The notes under the pieces: model-generated
Seen by the model: only the letters and a program-made list of their open reading frames with translations
Told to the model about the DNA's origin: nothing
Database searches by the model: none
Source: a virus
Length of the DNA stretch: 64,000 nt
Strand: one strand, 5' to 3'
IMG/VR virus record: IMGVR_UViG_3300022752_000020
Location: 32,001 to 96,000 of that record
Program-made: the position numbers and the translations under genes
In this document: positions 15,001 through 26,600 of the stretch, one piece after another
How the letters are laid out: the number at the start of each line of letters is the position of its first letter
How positions within the stretch are numbered: the first letter of the stretch is position 1

Positions 15001-15290
15001 CGAATATTACCAGCATCCAAAAATTCAATATATGGACTTCCTGGTAAACCCTCTCTTATACTTTGTTTATTAAGATCGCTGAGTTGTACAACAACAATTT
15101 CAGCGCCTAATCGATGATTAATTTCCCATACTGTAGCAGCAGTAAGTTGTTTGTGTAGGAAGAATCCACCAACAGCACTATCACCTTGGAGACCTTGAGC
15201 ACCTTGGGCTCCTTTTTCTCCAATCATTACGGAGCGCCAACCGTCTTGGACTCCTTGTATGCCTTGGAAATATCGCTTTAGTACACTCAT
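1..15290 (-). CDS. Giant collagen-like fibre protein (>5096 aa, truncated at left edge): Gly-X-Gln blocks alternating with CBM5/12-like modules
   Basis: Not in the ORF track because no stop is reached. ATG at 15290 overlaps the upstream TGA (ATGA). N-terminus [31 protein letters not shown] checked the frame at about 25 points down to position 3 and it stays in one open frame (GVQ/GIQ repeats plus linkers such as [26 protein letters not shown]). Confidence 0.93.
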   Translation of the reverse strand, partial: MSVLKRYFQGIQGVQDGWRSVMIGEKGAQGAQGLQGDSAVGGFFLHKQLTAATVWEINHRLGAEIVVVQLSDLNKQSIREGLPGSPYIEFLDAGNIRVVFSSPQAGYAAITSGGGLQGIQGIQGIQGIQGGLGPQGIQGRQGIQGQQGIQGLGFVWRGLWQAGETYSFNDVVYYNGGSWVALQPNQGQPAPFVGSAYWQIMTAQGPQGIQGIQGRLGPQGPQGPQGTQGLQGDLGLQGIQGIQGIQGRSILWKGYWAPTAEYFIGDMVYYDGGSWVSITDNNINNRPYFGSNNWEKSTSQGIQGVQGVQGVQGIQGVQGVQGVQGIQGVGFQWKGTWSVDGVYDINHTVYYNGFSYVSLTRFNQGKQPDLYLGTDWDIVAAQGVQGIQGVQGVQGIQGVQGVQGVQGVQGVQGVQGVQGIQGDQGIQGIQGIQGVQGIQGIQGIQGFSILWQGQWYPNVAYYTNHVVYHRGSSWISLHDNNFNNEPPEWPVTEDAHWSLMSAQGIQGVQGVQGVQGVQGVQGVQGVQGVQGVQGVQGVQGVQGVQGVQGVQGVQGVQGQQGIQGVQGIQGIQGIQGFGLIWRGQYDFNTRYYQNEVVFYNGASWIVINKDVDGLTPGIQDPTTVPGPEYNDTYWELLASQGIQGLQGVQGVQGVQGVQGVQGVQGVQGVQGVQGVQGVQGVQGVQGVQGVQGVQGDQGIQGIQGIQGIQGVQGVQGVQGVQGDQGIQGVQGIQGIQGVQGVQGVQGVQGVQGVQGVQGVQGVQGDQGIQGIQGIQGIQGTQGIQGIQGIQGIQGLGFNWKGVWDPTATYFTNDAVFYNGSAYNSLYDGNIGKQPDLVFDPRAWDMIVSQGIQGLQGVQGVQGVQGVQGVQGVQGVQGVQGVQGVQGVQGDQGIQGIQGIQGIQGVQGVQGVQGVQGDQGIQGIQGIQGIQGVQGVQGVQGVQGDQGIQGVQGIQGIQGVQGVQGVQGVQGDQGIQGVQGIQGIQGVQGVQGVQGVQGVQGVQGIQGVQGVQGDQGIQGVQGIQGVQGIQGVQGVQGIQGVQGIQGIQGVQGIQGDQGIQGVQGIQGIQGLQGIQGIQGVQGIQGRGPVWKGDWSPTEKYSTDDMVYYDGNTFIAITGDVNNTFSGEATRPLLSEPGAGYPGVVNTTYWNRMTAQGIQGLQGVQGVQGVQGVQGVQGVQGVQGVQGVQGVQGVQGVQGVQGVQGDQGIQGIQGVQGVQGVQGVQGVQGIQGVQGVQGVQGVQGIQGIQGVQGVQGVQGVQGDQGIQGIQGIQGVQGVQGVQGVQGDQGIQGIQGIQGIQGIQGVQGVQGDQGIQGIQGIQGVQGVQGVQGIQGVQGVQGIQGIQGVQGVQGVQGVQGVQGDQGIQGIQGIQGIQGIQGIQGTQGIQGVQGVQGVQGVQGIQGFSLVWKGPYDSTASYQQNDVVYFNGSSYIAVYPIDFYDLEGSKFSGQVPEYIGNNGEPGTLNDTYWNRLAVQGIQGIQGTQGIQGIQGVQGVQGVQGVQGVQGVQGVQGVQGVQGVQGVQGDQGIQGIQGIQGVQGVQGVQGVQGVQGDQGIQGIQGIQGIQGVQGVQGVQGVQGVQGDQGIQGIQGIQGIQGVQGVQGVQGDQGIQGIQGIQGIQGIQGIQGVQGVQGDQGIQGIQGIQGIQGIQGIQGVQGVQGVQGVQGIQGVQGVQGVQGDQGIQGVQGLQGVQGIQGVQGIQGVQGVQGVQGVQGVQGVQGIQGFSFTWRGIWQPDVEYSQNDVVYYDGNSFIAVYPISLTSPYGKFSNQVPEFSPGDVNDTYWERMTAQGVQGVQGVQGVQGVQGVQGVQGVQGVQGVQGVQGVQGVQGVQGVQGVQGVQGVQGDQGIQGIQGIQGVQGVQGVQGVQGDQGIQGIQGIQGVQGVQGVQGVQGVQGDQGIQGIQGIQGVQGVQGVQGVQGDQGIQGIQGLQGVQGVQGIQGVLGQQGIQGTQGIQGVQGVQGVQGVQGTQGVQGVQGVQGVQGVQGVQGQQGIQGLGFNWRGQWVPTESYAKNDAVRYNGESYVSLIMDNLGNLPPVTLGSDWDIIAAQGVQGVQGIQGVQGLQGIQGVQGVQGVQGVQGIQGFSIVWKGIYNNAAQYQQNDVVYYNGTSFIAVWPIDPYDVPGSQFSGEVPEVIGVYGEPGTLNSTYWARMTAQGLQGVQGVQGVQGVQGVQGVQGVQGVQGVQGVQGIQGVQGVQGVQGVQGVQGVQGVQGVQGVQGVQGTQGVQGVQGVQGVQGVQGVQGVQGVQGVQGVQGVQGTQGIQGIQGVQGVQGVQGVQGIQGVQGVQGVQGVQGVQGVQGIQGIQGVQGLQGIQGTQGIQGTQGIQGVQGIQGVQGVQGDQGIQGIQGIQGVQGVQGIQGVQGLQGVQGVQGIQGIQGVQGVQGIQGVQGLQGIQGVQGIQGVQGIQGVQGVQGTQGIQGVQGVQGVQGIQGFGVIWRGYYDFNTTYFQNEVVFYDGNSWIVRYSGVEGVPKGINDPAAIPGPQDNDGYWERLASQGVQGIQGVQGIQGVQGVQGVQGVQGVQGIQGVQGVQGVQGDQGIQGIQGIQGIQGVQGVQGVQGVQGVQGVQGVQGDQGIQGIQGIQGIQGVQGVQGVQGDQGIQGIQGIQGIQGVQGLQGVQGLQGVQGIQGIQGVQGVQGVQGVQGVQGDQGIQGVQGIQGIQGVQGVQGVQGDQGIQGIQGIQGIQGVQGVQGVQGVQGVQGVQGVQGIQGVQGQQGIQGGGVTWRGMYDVTKEYIKNDAVFYNGSSWISVSETVNLGNIPTVGSTVWDTLASQGIQGIQGIQGIQGIQGIQGVQGVQGVQGDQGIQGIQGIQGIQGVQGVQGVQGVQGDQGIQGIQGIQGVQGVQGVQGVQGVQGVQGIQGVQGVQGVQGVQGVQGVQGVQGVQGVQGVQGVQGVQGVQGDQGIQGIQGIQGIQGVQGVQGVQGVQGLQGVQGVQGVQGVQGVQGRQGIQGVQGVQGVQGVQGVQGVQGVQGVQGVQGVQGVQGVQGVQGIQGVGITWRGDWLANLSYTINDVVYYSGGSYIAIQSNNLGNIPLTSLTYWNQVSAQGIQGVQGVQGIQGIQGVQGVQGVQGVQGVQGVQGVQGVQGVQGVQGVQGVQGVQGVQGVQGRQGVQGVQGVQGIQGVQGVQGVQGVQGVQGVQGVQGIQGFSILWRGIYNSTTTYNFNDVVSYKGSSWIGVSTLGSWNGQEPTLDNTAYWNLMSSQGLQGVQGVQGVQGVQGVQGVQGVQGVQGVQGVQGVQGVQGVQGTQGIQGIQGVQGVQGNQGVQGVQGVQGVQGVQGIQGVQGVQGVQGVQGVQGVQGLQGVQGVQGVQGVQGVQGNQGIQGVQGIQGIQGVQGVQGVQGVQGVQGVQGVQGVQGVQGVQGVQGVQGVQGTQGVQGVQGVQGTQGIQGIQGIQGVQGFQGTKGEGFTFLGEWSSISRYIKNDSVYYNGSAYTSTYGDETYTGGAYVNVGQIPGQTVPLSNVSLTGNGQFSCNPVDIYKSEIIRVSGIVPVGFTIENPDSPALAPTFYAAGDKIDNDYYVIDYPNNPTTTFSLGRSQFAVASILTTGTGSLTGLTFKAVPWLIISAQGVQGIQGIQGIQGIQGIQGIQGVQGVQGVQGVQGVQGTQGIQGIQGVQGIQGIQGTQGIQGVQGIQGIIGTPGGYTANYAWSNSTAIGDPGVGNVTIERAWTDQTGGQVYVNLDKYDADGQDRAAWVNSIKFFGSSSSYFGVITIMPEGATLQRWTGVITTVFDYASYFRLQLTFVDSAGTPPIVGQKLGISFQPAGQQGIQGVQGVQGVQGVQGVQGVQGVQGVQGVQGVQGVQGVQGVQGIQGVQGVQGVQGVQGRQGIQGVQGVQGVQGVQGVQGVQGVQGVQGVQGVQGVQGVQGVQGTQGVQGVQGVQGTQGIQGIQGIQGVQGVQGRQGVQGVQGTQGIQGIQGVQGVQGVQGLQGVQGTQGIQGVQGVQGVQGVQGVQGVQGVQGVQGVQGTQGIQGIQGFGLVFKGNWTTSGSYAQNDIVFYDGAAFVAVYPYTNGSFGNTSTTLNGALTAGSTSIVLTDASLFPSSGQVVIDNEYVTYTTKTSNTLSGLTRAADGTVAASHNNGATVWLNTRPSIYNAGTKQLIVNTTYWNQLTSQGIQGIQGVQGVQGVQGVQGVQGVQGAQGVQGVQGVQGVQGVQGVQGIQGLSFTWRGTYVNNYDYTQNDVVYYDGSSYVVVYPFSSGTFRGDISTTLSAAITTINQSTITLTSVVGFPTSGVIRVASAASIDSMPATAERMLYNGIVGNTLTITTRGYQGTTASTHSNGARVLLDTRPAYGTPNTSGFYVNTTYWNQLTTQGVQGVQGVQGVQGVQGVQGVQGVQGVQGVQGVQGVQGVQGVQGVQGVQGVQGVQGVQGVQGVQGRQGVQGVQGVQGVQGVQGVQGVQGVQGVQGVQGQQGIQGSGFKWRGVWKPENDYAVSDMVSHLGSTYVSLSQYTPQLLANVSILSSGQISFDNPTSAAAVGQVLYGINTKTGTGVLQGYSSTGVIYYVKTAAVNTPSAGRTTVTLSLTAPRTNLTGTLTGTTITGLASTTLLYAGMVLTKTSGTGVFNGAPTIVSVDSATQITISTSATTNGAITFRADGATITSTAGTSTGISFYLPTYVPNYHTSTIYNAIGPSPESDLERWELAGSQGIQGIQGVQGVQGVQGVQGVQGVQGVQGVQGVQGVQGVQGVQGIQGVQGVQGVQGVQGVQGIQGLGVTYRGIFNTSTTYTQNDIVFYDGASYIAVYPFSNGSFSSTSTTLNGAITASSTSIVLTNASAFPSSGQIVIDNEYITYTSKSVNTLNGLTRGASSTIAASHSNGATVFFNIRPAVFDNVNKTLIINSTYWSQMTSQGIQGIQGVQGVQGVQGVQGVQGVQGVQGVQGVQGVQGVQGIQGIQGFGVTWKGNWSSYTTTFAATVYAVNDMVFYQGTSWICVTAHTSTNNANTATGYPQSSSTSWQQISSQGIQGQQGIQGIQGQQGIQGQQGIQGIYGTAGGYSQDWLFDSSSTAAGTTANKVRISTSWTAGTNFVVYLNNSNADGNTTTSWLSSLSGFGTSSSYFGTLSLFVNGDPTKRLIGRVTAVSNQTTYYAVTCTYIETDGTAPA
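345..14950 (-). repeat. 23 blocks of degenerate 9-bp coding repeat (GGN-NNN-CAR, mostly Gly-Val/Ile-Gln)
   Basis: On the + strand ccttgtaca/ccctgtaca/ccttgaata/ccttggata units run in blocks of about 80-830 bp, separated by unique 150-680 bp linkers. Confidence 0.97.
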
Positions 15291-15523
15291 CTGCTATTTC
15301 TACCACTACTGTCCAAAGCAAGGCGAGTTATATCGTTGTTAGGCCAATAGTGTGAAGAAAATAGCTCGTTAAATTTTATTTGTAGTATGCTATCGACATC
15401 ATATTTTACTGGCTTACAGTAAAAAATATTCTCGTAATTGTTATCTAATAGAGTTAAAGGATCCTGAACATAGTTAAAACCTATGTCTATGGGCATTAAA
15501 CCAATGTTCCAGCGCAACGTCAT
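15287..15523 (-). CDS. Hypothetical 78-aa protein, translationally coupled to the collagen-like gene
   Basis: Fills the gap between two structural genes. Its TGA overlaps the next ATG, and there is a TAAATA upstream at 15559-15564. Confidence 0.65.
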   Translation of the reverse strand: MTLRWNIGLMPIDIGFNYVQDPLTLLDNNYENIFYCKPVKYDVDSILQIKFNELFSSHYWPNNDITRLALDSSGRNSR

Positions 15524-15535
15524 CGTCGTCGTCCC

Positions 15536-16945
15536 TTAAGTCTCGTAGATATCCAAAGTATTTATCGCTACCAACCATTTGATAGTTTTATCTGGATCAC
15601 CTCCACTTAATTTGGAAGGACCCTTAACTAATATTTTAATCGATCCATTAGAAGTGTCTGCTTCAGCTTTTACTGCCCAACTATAAGTTCTTTGATCAGC
15701 AGGTGTAAGATATTTATCAGCAGTACCTGTACCAGTACCCACTGTACTGTTAGCTGTAAACACTGTACCTACTAAGTAGTCCCTTGTTTCACCATCTGTG
15801 CTTAATGCAGCCCAGTTGGTTCCAGTTCCTAATGTTTTGATTTTATATACGTTACCACTAATTAGTGATGTAGCTGCAACTGTTACTGTAGTTACTGTGG
15901 TCGTAGGTGACCCAGCAACTTTTTCCGTAATTGTGTTTCCTATAATAGCTGTTGTCGATGCATTGGCTCCTCTGGTTGCTAATAAATCTATGTTCCATAT
16001 GGCACTCTCTGTGCCGCCGTCTAACCTACCTGTTATGTTTACATTAATCTTATAGGTCGTATGATTAGATAGATAAAATCTATTTGTTACACTTGGTGGT
16101 AATCCATCTAATGTAACTTCTAATTCTTGACCATTTGTAGTACTGGTTCTTGCTAATAAACTTGTTTTTTCATATAAAGTATTAAAAGGATTATCTGGAT
16201 CATAATTATCACTGGTTAATGTATCAGTTGCATGTTGAGTAAATCTACTACCCTGTAGCCTAACTACACCATCTAATCTTGGCTGAATTATAACATCGCC
16301 TGTGTCAGGATCATCTGAACTATCTTTATTAACAGCAACAATAGTATTATCAATCAACTGTAAATTACCAAATTTACCTTGTTGTTGATCTGAAATACCT
16401 ACAAATCCAATATATCTATAACCTCTAACCCATATACTATTACCACCTAATCCATCTGGTATTACATTACTATTATTACCATTATCTAAATAATTAGTAA
16501 AATTAAGCACACCTGACATATAGTCAAAATAGTATGCACCTTTGTCATTAATACCAGCATCAAATATTTTAGTACCACTACTAGCAGGATTGCCTATAAA
16601 AACTTCAATTAAATACCCAGGGCCAAACTCTGGTGGAATCCAATTAGTGTATCTTGTAGCACCTGCTTTGGCTATCCATGTAGGGTAGATACCGCTAATA
16701 GGTGTTGTTGTATTATCTGCTATACATTCTATTGTACGATATTCAACTATATTAGGTACAGCAGCTGGAGCTGATGGTGGCTGTAAAATACTATTACTTT
16801 GAGTCCATACTGTGTCACCGCGGATCAGTGCTGGACTGGGTATAACCTCGTTGCTAGCACCTTTTAGTGTGTTAAAATCAGTCTTTGCTACACCAAATAG
16901 CTTTTTATATAAGAGGTCAACCTTCTGTTTATCAACAACAGCCAT
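15536..16945 (-). CDS. Putative virion structural protein (469 aa); N-terminal domain paralogous to 41398..43485
   Basis: Shared motifs: VDLLxKKLxGVAKTD, SNExIxSP, WIPPEF, YFDYxxGxLxF, GYRYxG. Confidence 0.75.
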   Translation of the reverse strand: MAVVDKQKVDLLYKKLFGVAKTDFNTLKGASNEVIPSPALIRGDTVWTQSNSILQPPSAPAAVPNIVEYRTIECIADNTTTPISGIYPTWIAKAGATRYTNWIPPEFGPGYLIEVFIGNPASSGTKIFDAGINDKGAYYFDYMSGVLNFTNYLDNGNNSNVIPDGLGGNSIWVRGYRYIGFVGISDQQQGKFGNLQLIDNTIVAVNKDSSDDPDTGDVIIQPRLDGVVRLQGSRFTQHATDTLTSDNYDPDNPFNTLYEKTSLLARTSTTNGQELEVTLDGLPPSVTNRFYLSNHTTYKINVNITGRLDGGTESAIWNIDLLATRGANASTTAIIGNTITEKVAGSPTTTVTTVTVAATSLISGNVYKIKTLGTGTNWAALSTDGETRDYLVGTVFTANSTVGTGTGTADKYLTPADQRTYSWAVKAEADTSNGSIKILVKGPSKLSGGDPDKTIKWLVAINTLDIYET

Positions 16946-19056
16946 TAGTTAGTTGCTCCTGATAGTGTTAATGCTGTTACAACATCACCTGCCTGTAGTT
17001 TAATCCTTATATATACTTCTTGTGTAGCTGTTCCACTGGTGCTCAATGTACCAAATGTACATGTTCTACTCTGTGTAACATTACTGCCTAAAGTGACTAC
17101 ACCGCCCAAGCTACAACCATTTGAGCCATTTCCACCTGTGCCTGTTCCAGGAACACCTGAACCAGCATATGGTTGATCCATTCTCAACCATCCATTTAAT
17201 CCGTTGTTTGTACCAATACCAGCTGGTACTGCTACCCATAATCCTCTGATAGTTCCAGTAATATTGATATTAAACTTACTAACAGCACCTCTTACAAAAG
17301 CAAAAGTAAAGTATTGATTTGCTGCTTGTCCGCTTCTATTTGGCCCTACTGGTAAAAATCCTGTGCTATAATCTGTAGCGTCATGCTTTAACACTGCTTG
17401 ATTACCTTGTCCTACCACTACAGCATCATAAGTTTCTATAGTACCTGACTGGCTGTTAAAGGCTGCTGCACTGGCTGTAAACGAAGGAGTATCACCGCTT
17501 CCTGGATTTACAATACGATATGCACTGGCACTTCCACTACCAAACCCCGCAGCAGCCGCTATATTAGTTTCTTCTATAGTATTTGTATTACTTGTTCCTG
17601 TTTTGAATAATACACCACCGCTAGGAGTAAAATTCTGTGTAGTTGAACCATAGCTATTAAGTGCTTGCAATGTTACAGGTGCGTTACTAAGTCCAACACC
17701 ACTTTTTACAGTAACAGTAGTTGATAAACTTAGTGTTGAACTAGCCAAATAGTTTCTTGGTAATGGGGTCGTTATCCCTGCACTAGTATAGGTCAATGGA
17801 GTTGGTGCGTTAAATGCTCCGCCGCCTCCGCTAGTTATAAATGTATCACTTACTGGGTACATGTCACCACTTAATTTGGCAATATCAAAACTTAGTGTAA
17901 ATGTTGTAGCATTTGCATAATGTGGAATTCCGCTACTATATGTTAATGTTGCTGATGTAGGAGTAAATGCTACATTAGTAAATTCTGGGCTACCTGGGGC
18001 ACTGGCATCATAATACCAAACTGCTGTGTTGGTTGTGCCTGTTGTTGCTGGGACTGTTTCTGGAAATAAATTATTATGTCTAATATATACTTCATTCCAG
18101 CCTTCTTGGACTGAACCTGATGCTGTAGCGTCAAATGTTTGCCAAAATAATGGACTTATTGCTGGTACTGCTATACGTGAATAATCCTGATCATCTGTAA
18201 TAACTAGATCACCATAAGTACCATTATCTGTTCCTAGTAAATATACAGCACTGCTTTCATTTTCACTCTCTTGTAAACCATCAGTGAATGTCTTATTTCC
18301 GCTAGCTACACCATTTTTCCATACTGTTATACTTCCTCTATCACCTGGTCCACAGTCCTGTATAGTACTAGATGTATATGTATTACTGCGTCTAGTCACA
18401 CTGACTACAGTTCCGCCTGCAACGCTTTTATTTTGTCCAGGTGTACGATCAGTTTGAGTAAAATTACACATTCTATAACTAGATACACCTAATATAGACA
18501 GTGTTTGACTATTACCATTTTTAAGTTTAGGGAAATTTGGAGGTGGTTTAGGTACGAGTTTACCCAATATAAAATTCATTTGTGCCATTCCTCTGCTTAC
18601 AGGTGTGGCTGTATTCATTGCTACTGCTCTACTTACTAGTCCTGGTTGATCTGGGTTTCCTATTTTTACACCCATAGCACTGTCAAATTTAACTAGACCA
18701 GTAGTTTGTAGGTCTCCAGCAGTGTCAAGTGTTATATCTTCGCCGTAGAATCTAGCTTCTATGCCCTGATCAGTTAATTGAATTCTTTCTGTATGAAATG
18801 CTTCTGCTTGAATTTGTCCAGTGGCTTGAAAATCGCCATTATCATCTATCTGTAGAGTATCACTCCAATAGCGTTTACCATATTTGTCTGTGAGCAGAAC
18901 ACGTCTGACATCTGCACTATCAGTGGTCTCTGGGACTCCTAGATCAGGTTCCGCTTCACTTAACTTTAAAAAGTCGTATCTTTGTTCACTGACTTCAGTG
19001 GGTTTGATCTTTTTGACACGGCCACTGAACAGTTCTACTCTTTGTTGTGCAGCCAT
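16945..19056 (-). CDS. Putative virion structural protein (703 aa); C-terminal two-thirds paralogous to 43498..46350, N-terminus paralogous to 19202..20182
   Basis: N-terminus VELFSGRV..LKLxEAEPxLxVP. Shared C-terminal motifs LVPxPPPxFP, TYSSxIPHY, LKHDxTxYSTGxLPxGP, QYFTFxFVR. Thr/Gly/Ser-rich beta composition. Confidence 0.75.
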   Translation of the reverse strand: MAAQQRVELFSGRVKKIKPTEVSEQRYDFLKLSEAEPDLGVPETTDSADVRRVLLTDKYGKRYWSDTLQIDDNGDFQATGQIQAEAFHTERIQLTDQGIEARFYGEDITLDTAGDLQTTGLVKFDSAMGVKIGNPDQPGLVSRAVAMNTATPVSRGMAQMNFILGKLVPKPPPNFPKLKNGNSQTLSILGVSSYRMCNFTQTDRTPGQNKSVAGGTVVSVTRRSNTYTSSTIQDCGPGDRGSITVWKNGVASGNKTFTDGLQESENESSAVYLLGTDNGTYGDLVITDDQDYSRIAVPAISPLFWQTFDATASGSVQEGWNEVYIRHNNLFPETVPATTGTTNTAVWYYDASAPGSPEFTNVAFTPTSATLTYSSGIPHYANATTFTLSFDIAKLSGDMYPVSDTFITSGGGGAFNAPTPLTYTSAGITTPLPRNYLASSTLSLSTTVTVKSGVGLSNAPVTLQALNSYGSTTQNFTPSGGVLFKTGTSNTNTIEETNIAAAAGFGSGSASAYRIVNPGSGDTPSFTASAAAFNSQSGTIETYDAVVVGQGNQAVLKHDATDYSTGFLPVGPNRSGQAANQYFTFAFVRGAVSKFNINITGTIRGLWVAVPAGIGTNNGLNGWLRMDQPYAGSGVPGTGTGGNGSNGCSLGGVVTLGSNVTQSRTCTFGTLSTSGTATQEVYIRIKLQAGDVVTALTLSGATN

Positions 19057-19086
19057 TTATCAAACTCCCACTCTATCAGTGCATAC

Positions 19087-19116
19087 AAAAACGGGCCTAC
19101 TCAAAGACCCTTTTTT
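19087..19116 (-). terminator. Intrinsic terminator-like hairpin in the leader of the 703-aa gene
   Basis: Minus strand GGGTCT-ttgagt-AGGCCC-GTTTTT (one G.U pair), flanked by A/T runs. Confidence 0.5.
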
Positions 19117-19201
19117 GCTCAAAATAATAGATTCAATACATTCATGGATCATTTTAACTCTTTGATTCAAAAGTCTTTACAGACTATTTAACAAATTTTG
19201 G

Positions 19202-20182
19202 TTAGTATGTTCCGCAATCTACTATGTTGCTAAAATAAGGTCTACCCCCTTTGTCACTTTGCAATAAACTACCATTGACCAATGCTGGATTAGTAACTCC
19301 TAATGGACCATCGCCTTGTCCAAAAAGCATACCGCCTTCTGGTAATTCAACACGACCTGTACCACCATATGCTACCTCAATCACATCAGCTTGCCAACTA
19401 CCTTGTGTAATAGCACTTTCAATGACCACTGTGCCAGTACCACTTGGTGCAATTCTTAAATTCTGATTAAGAGCTGTAGTAATATTCTCAGTTTGTAAGT
19501 TTGGAACTTGAAAAGCACCTTCACTTGTTCCACTGTCACCAGTAAATATTTCATTATTATTAGTACCACTGGGTATGAATGTAAAAGTCTTAGTTGCTGC
19601 TTTAAAACCAAAAAAACCTAATTTGGCCTTACCTAAACCATCATTTGCGTCTGGATCCCACCAACGGAATTCAATACCACGATCTTTGCCTCCATCATAC
19701 TCTTGTGGGGGTGTATCACCACCAATTGTAATGATAGGATCATCAATTGTAGTTTGAACTGTGTTAACTTCTACGGTAGTTCCATTAACAAACAAGTTGC
19801 TATTAATGATCATGTTGTCATTGGCATCAATAGCAATTTTATTGGTCCAACTTCTATTACCATAATTGTCTGATACCAGCATAGCACGTAGAGTAGTGCT
19901 TGTAGGTGCTGTCATACCAGCATAGAAATCAGCTGTAACACCAACTACAGATTTTGGATTTTGATCTGTAGCAATGTTAGTTTCTGGATCAACTGTTCTC
20001 CATGGTACAAACAAGTTTGGTTCAGCTTCTGCTAACTTTAAATAACCATTCTTTTCTGGTTCGCCTGGGGTGCGTACTTCGTATCTGCTTTTACCAGATC
20101 CAAAGCCCTTGGTCATTATATCACGAGCCGGGACTTTTCTTACACGACCACTAAATAATTCAACTTTGGGTTGAGCTGCCAT
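19202..20182 (-). CDS. Putative tail-fibre/adaptor structural protein (326 aa)
   Basis: Fibre-like motifs (TTIDDPIITIGG..DRGIEF, IEVAYGGTG) and C-terminal IVDCGTY; located in the structural operon. Confidence 0.7.
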   Translation of the reverse strand: MAAQPKVELFSGRVRKVPARDIMTKGFGSGKSRYEVRTPGEPEKNGYLKLAEAEPNLFVPWRTVDPETNIATDQNPKSVVGVTADFYAGMTAPTSTTLRAMLVSDNYGNRSWTNKIAIDANDNMIINSNLFVNGTTVEVNTVQTTIDDPIITIGGDTPPQEYDGGKDRGIEFRWWDPDANDGLGKAKLGFFGFKAATKTFTFIPSGTNNNEIFTGDSGTSEGAFQVPNLQTENITTALNQNLRIAPSGTGTVVIESAITQGSWQADVIEVAYGGTGRVELPEGGMLFGQGDGPLGVTNPALVNGSLLQSDKGGRPYFSNIVDCGTY

Positions 20183-20214
20183 TTTTATCTATCCTTTATT
20201 AGTCCTTTGGACTA

Positions 20215-20553
20215 TTAATCGTTAGCTGATTCTAGAATACTTAAAGTAACTTTCAATGCGCCATTTTGACTACCTTGCACACGAAGACTATCACCTGATT
20301 CTAATACCAACTTTCCTGCAACAAAGCTAATAGCATCGCTGTTTGGAATTTCAAAATCATTAACTAATTCACTACTTACAACACCACGAACATGCCATGC
20401 TGTGAATGCTGCACTTGTACTATCTGTTATGTTTGTGACCTGGGTACCAAGTATAATACCTGTTACACCAGCTGGTGTTGTGTAGATATTAGTTGGGCTT
20501 GCTGTTACGCTTGCTGTCACGGTTTTAAATGCGTTTAAGGGTACTGTTGCCAT
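20215..20553 (-). CDS. Small beta-rich structural protein (112 aa), paralog of 47175..47564
   Basis: IYTTPAG..QVTN..IPxxD..GKLVLESGDSL pattern, typical of small phage partners encoded after long fibre genes. Confidence 0.7.
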   Translation of the reverse strand: MATVPLNAFKTVTASVTASPTNIYTTPAGVTGIILGTQVTNITDSTSAAFTAWHVRGVVSSELVNDFEIPNSDAISFVAGKLVLESGDSLRVQGSQNGALKVTLSILESAND

Positions 20554-20578
20554 TTATTAAATCCTTTCTTTATTATTT

Positions 20579-20610
20579 GTTACTTACCTGCCTCCTGACA
20601 GGTAAGTAAC
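20579..20610. other. Perfect 12-bp inverted repeat (stem-loop) just downstream of the 6904-aa gene
   Basis: gttacttacctg-cctcctga-caggtaagtaac. There is no U-tract on the coding strand, so an mRNA stabilising or processing hairpin is more likely than a terminator. Confidence 0.7.
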
Positions 20611-20622
20611 CCTTTTCAACTA

Positions 20623-23600
20623 TTAACTCTGCAATGCTAGGATGTATGGTGTCACTACCCCTAACAAGCTCTTGTTAAATGCTCTACCTATAATACTACC
20701 TGAGTCACGCTTGATTGTTAAGTCTGGACCAATTCTAAAGTCACCCTTTTCATCTGTACTGGTGAAGTTAATAAATCCGCCCTTGTCACTTACAAGCTGA
20801 TTCTGGGGTTTTGGTACACCGCCGTTGTATGGTAAAGCACTATCTACGTCAATACCAGTTCCAACCCACTCTAGTGTGTGACCAGTTGTAGTAATTGTAC
20901 TAACTTGGTGGAATGTTGCGTATGTATTATCATTTACAGCACTTGTAAATGTTGCATCTAGCTGTATTACACTGATGTAACCATTTGTCAAGATATCTGT
21001 GAATGCATCAAACAATATTCCTAGGTTAGTAACTTCACTACTTGTAGCCGCTGTATTACTCTTGTCTTGATCTACATAGTTTTGGAAAGTCACTATTGGT
21101 TCGTTTCTTACAACTTTTGCAGCCAATGCACCTAGATATACAAAGCAAGCCACTGTAGCACTCTTACTATCAGCTGGGATCTGGAAACGACCACCACTGA
21201 AGTACTGTTCAGCAGCAAACTTGGTTCTACTATTACCACCATAGATCAAGTCATATGCTACAGCATCAATTGTAAGTCCTACATCACGCTTACATGTGTC
21301 TTGTAAGTAGCCAAATCCAGCATATGTTTCATTGATGAATGTAATTGTCTCTGCTGCGATTCTAGGAATAGCATCACGAGCTACTGCACGGATAATCAAG
21401 TATTCTGGATCAACTGTCTTATTAGCAATAACATCTGGTTCAACTAGAGCTGGTAATGTTTGACCTTTTAGTGCTTGATTAACATAACCAGCCTTTGTTA
21501 CAACATTTGAAATTGTTGTAGCATCAGAGACCACTGTTGTTGTTACTGGGGTTTGATTATTGCCTGCTGTTTTTGCTAGACCAGTTGTACCATTATTCAT
21601 TGTACCATCTAGTACATCTTCAAGGATAGCTTCTAATCTCTTGAATCCGCCAATAGTTGGAGCCTTTGTTGCTAGAGGAATAACTAGTCCGCCCTTGTAA
21701 GCATATTGTAATGCTACTTCTCTTGACTCTTTATTACCACCATGTAGTGCATCAAATGCTAGACCTTCTACAACAAATCCTACATCCTCTTCACACTTGG
21801 CTTGTCTGTATACAAAGAACTGAATCTTTGTACCAGTACCATCACCATTTGTATCCATGAATGCTTTCTTGATTTCAATACTTACTAGTGACTTCAAGCT
21901 CTGATTACCTGCCGTTCCACTATCAGCATCTGTCTTCAATCCTAATAGAGTAGCATTTCCACCTGTTGTTGGATTTGCTGGAGCTGCTATAGAACTTGCG
22001 GCTGCTGCTGTTAGAGCTGCTGTTAAATCAGCACTATCAATAATATCAATGATTCTATCAATAGCATTGCCAGCTTGTGTTGACTTAGTATTATCTCCTG
22101 CACCTGCTACACGACTTGTTATACTTTGTAACACTGTATAAGCACCATTATTTAATAGAGCCTGTACCACTGTCTTGAGTTGAGCGTAGGCTGCTAGAGT
22201 AGCTTCCTTCTCATTCTCACCACCTGTTATATCTGGATCATCAATATCAGTTGCATGTGTACCTAATGTTAGGCTGTTACCCTCCCAATATGCTAGACCA
22301 GCTTCAGTTGTAGCATTATTGCCACCATATGCAATATCATAACGTAGTGCATCTAATATTAGAGCAACGTCACGCTCACACTTGGCCTTGTTATAATCAA
22401 GCTCTGGATAATTTCTATCAATGAAAGCACGTACTTCAGCTTTGACAAAGTCATAGTTATTAGTTATAACAGTTGTTGCTGCATTAGCTGTGATACTTAA
22501 TGCTGGAGCTGCAACTGCACCACGATTCACGATATCAATGATTTCATTCATTCTAGCACGAGCTCTAGCAAGAGCTGTTGCATCTCCGCTTAATGCTGTT
22601 GAAAACACTTTCTTGATAAAGTATAAAGCACCAATTGTAGCTGATTTTTGCTCTGCTGTTACAACTTTACTATAACTTCTTAAGTATGACAAGCCTGCTG
22701 TTACACTTCTATAGTTAGTATTATTAGCAACATCTAATGCTACACTATCTACAATAATGTCAACATCACGTTCACACTTACCAACAATAGTTGTTGCATC
22801 GCCAGCATTACCTGTATAATCAAGATATGGTCTGCTGTTCATATACTCGAACACTTTCCATTGATTTAGTTCAGCTGCATTGGCTAATATTAGTGCTGCT
22901 GGAGCATATGTGCCATAACCATCTGGTAAGTCAAGAGCTGTCATACTACTAAAGCTTTCAGCAGTTACTACAGCAATGATTATATCAATCAATGTGTTTG
23001 CATCAGCTGATAATGTACCTTGTGTCAAATACCCTGTAGCTATAGTATTACCTCCTGATATACTATTACCACCAGTTGTGAATGGAGCACCTCCAGTACC
23101 ACTAGCTAATACAACTTTTAGAGCTGCCAACACTGCTAACATTGTAGCCTTCTCACCTGTAACATTACCAAGTGTTAGAGCATTACCTGTAATATATGCA
23201 CGGGCAGCAACTCTTGTAGCAGTATTACCACCATGATATAGATCATGAACAATTGCATCTACAATAAGCTTAATATCTCTTTGACATTCATCTAATTTAC
23301 CTGCTGCTGTTAGAGCTTGATAGGTAGAATTAAATTGATCCTGCATATATTCTGACAGTGCATCACTAATTTTATCTTTTGATGCTGTTAGAGCTAGTGT
23401 ATCAATCTGAGTTTTTTCAGCTGCTGCTCTGCCTGTGCTTGCTGCTGCTAGATCAACTGTGACATTTGCATTTGACTCTTCGTTAAGAATATCAATAACT
23501 ACCTGTAGTCTTGAACGAATTCTTGCACCTGCATCAGCATTGGTACTTACTAGATCACCAAGAGCTGCTTTTGCATACTCAAGAGCAGCAATGTGTGCCC

Positions 23601-26600
23601 ACTTCTGACGTGGTGTCTTGGCTATTGCATTGCTTGCAAGATTACGTAAGTATGCTTCACCAGCAGTCTTTGATAAGAAGTTACTGCCTGTAGCCACATC
23701 ACCGTAAATAGCCTCTAGTATATAACCTAGATCACGCTCACACTTCAATACATCATATACAAAGTATGCTCTATTATTGACCCAACGAATTACCTTATCC
23801 TGAGCGTTCTTCTTATTGCTTAGTAGAACATTTCTTGATACTTCTTTAGCAGTATCACTGCCTAGTAGTTCTGGATACTCGATAGCTGGTAGAGCACTTA
23901 AACCACCTGTGATTGTAGCTCTAATGATCTCAATCAATTGGCCTACTCTTGTAGCTGCTGTTACACCATTTACTGTACCACCAATATTAGCTAGTAAATC
24001 TATCTGTGTCTTTAAGTAGTTATAAGCTGCTAGAGTAGCTGTAGTCTCATCACTGTCAGGTCCTAGTTGGTTCGCTGTACCTACATAGTAGCTGCGAGCA
24101 TTGATTACAGTTGCCCAGTTTCCACCATGTGTTAGGTCATAACGTAATCCTTCTAGGATATACTGTAAGTCTCTTCTACATTTAGCCACAGTGTAAGCAC
24201 TTGGAGGATTATTAGCACCAATCCATGCGATAACATCATTAATAATAGTATCAATAACTGTTCCAGTAGAACCATTAGCACCTGCTAATGTTGTTGCTGT
24301 CCATTTTGCTGGGGTTGGAGCTGTACCGTAGTTCAGTGCTGGAACAGCATATTCACCACTAGCAGCAGCAGTTGGAACACCACCTACTAGACTTGAACCA
24401 TATAATACCTTGGTTATTGTCTCGATTCTGTTCTTAACTTCTGTACTGGCAGTTGCATTATTACCAACATAATTACCTAGTAACTGCTTGAGATACTTCA
24501 TTGCTAGTAATGTGATATGCTTCTGTTCTGCATCAAATACTTTTACAGCATTAGCACGGAGATAACCTTGAGCAGCACGAACTGTCATATAGTTACCACC
24601 TTGTACCATATCATAACCAACAGCTTCTGTAATAAATCCTACATCACGATAGCAACTAGCTTCATTGTACTGATACTGATTATAAGTTGCATTTATGTAA
24701 GCACTAATTTCCTTCTGCAAGAACGTCTTATTATTGATTAGAGCCTTAGCAGCCTTTTGTGCATTAGTTGTTGTAGCACTTGGCCAATTGATTGCTGGTG
24801 TTGCTTGATCATTTAGACCATTCTGGATTATCTCTAGGATAATGTCCATGTTAGCTGTCACACGCTCGTATGCAATACTATTTGTAGCACTAATACTTTG
24901 TAGTCTATCCTTCAAGTATGTAAATGCTGCTATAGTTGCTGACTTTTGTTGTTGAGTTGCTAGAGCATCTGCATTGAGCATTACTGCATTTCTCCAATAG
25001 CTACGTCCTGCTGTTACGCTACGGAAGTTGCTGTTCAATAACATATCCCAACGAACTGCATCAATTAACAATCCTGCATCACGTACACACTTATCCTTCT
25101 GAGTAGAAGTCATTAAGCCTGGGAAATTGGTATCTACATAAGCACCAACATCTGTCTTAATTGTGTTAGTCTGTAGTCTCATTGCTACACTGATTTCCTG
25201 TAGAGGAACTTCAGCCCAGCTTGCATCAGCTACTACTTCCTTAACACTGGTGTCAGCAGCACTAGTGATCAACTGATTAACTGTGTCAATCAATGCATCA
25301 ACGGCTGTCTTAACAGCAGTACCATTTCCAGCACTGCTTAATTCAGCTTTGATATATGTACCTAACTGTGTAAATGCTGTTTTTGTTAGATTTATATGAG
25401 CAGTAGTTCCTACTTCATTAGGTGCTGTACCTGTTGGGCCTAACACTGCACCACTGTAATAGCTCTGACCTGCTACCCATGATTCCATATTACCACCATA
25501 AGTTAGGTCAAATCTAATTGCATCAATCAAGTATCCAACATCACGTAAACAAGTTGCTTCATTATATCCTAAGAAGCTTGTTGTTTGTGTACCTAACCAT
25601 GTCTTCATTGAAGCTAGTAGACTATCCTTCTTGGCAGCAATTGTAGCTACTGCTGCTTGCCAGGTTGGATTGTAAGCGTTACGTGCATATGTATCTGTAC
25701 CATAATCCATTGTACCACTTACAGTTACTCCATACTCTAATACATCAATTACAACATTCATTGCAGCTCTTACTCTATTACTTGCTGTTTGATTGTTACC
25801 TGTTACAGCCAATAATAGTGACTTCAAGAATCTAAAGCTGGCTAGTGTTGCTTCTTTTTGTTGTAGTGTAGTAAAGTTTCCTGTTACTACTTGACTACGT
25901 AGGTATGCACGACCAGCTGTCCAGCTGCGGAATACATTACCAAACATCATGTCATAACGTACTGCATCAACTACATATCCAACATCACGCTGACACTTGG
26001 TTTTATCATAACTAAATCCTTGGAATGTAGCATCAATATAGTCAGTTACCTGTAGTCCCAAGCTTGTTTTACGATCTAACATTGTACTTGCGAACAATGC
26101 TAGATTATTGTCAACCCAACTTGTACTTGGTTTTGTAGCTGTTGGCTTATTAGTTATTGTACTATCCAAATAATCTCTTACAATGTTTACAAGAGCTTTA
26201 GCTTGAGCAGCAGCTTCAGCACTACCTGCATTTAAACTCCTAATTTGAGCAATGCTGTGACTTGCACTTTCATTAACATCTGTGTTCAATATCACTTGTT
26301 CGATCACTGTTGCTATTCTACTAAATGCATTTTTAGTAGCTGTTAGTTGTGCGAGTGGTAAACTATCAGGTACTGCTGCATCTGGGCTGTTAGCCTCATA
26401 GTATGCAATAGCTGCTGTTACAGTTTCTAAACTACCACCGTAGGTTAAATCATATAATACAGCATCTAAAATCAAGCCTACGTCACGCTTACATTTAGCT
26501 ACATTATATCCAGCTGGAGGACTATTCGCCTGTACAAATCTATAAGCTTCTTCAATTAAGTATTCAAAGTTAGCTTTAACAACATTTGTAGCGTTCAAAT

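Noticed and set aside
257-15028. Dozens of track ORFs rich in YTL/YAL, VYK/VYR, CTR/CTG or HLV/HPV
   Set aside because: They are alternate-frame and antisense shadows of the 9-bp Gly-X-Gln repeat. They stop at each unique spacer, whereas the GXQ frame reads through.
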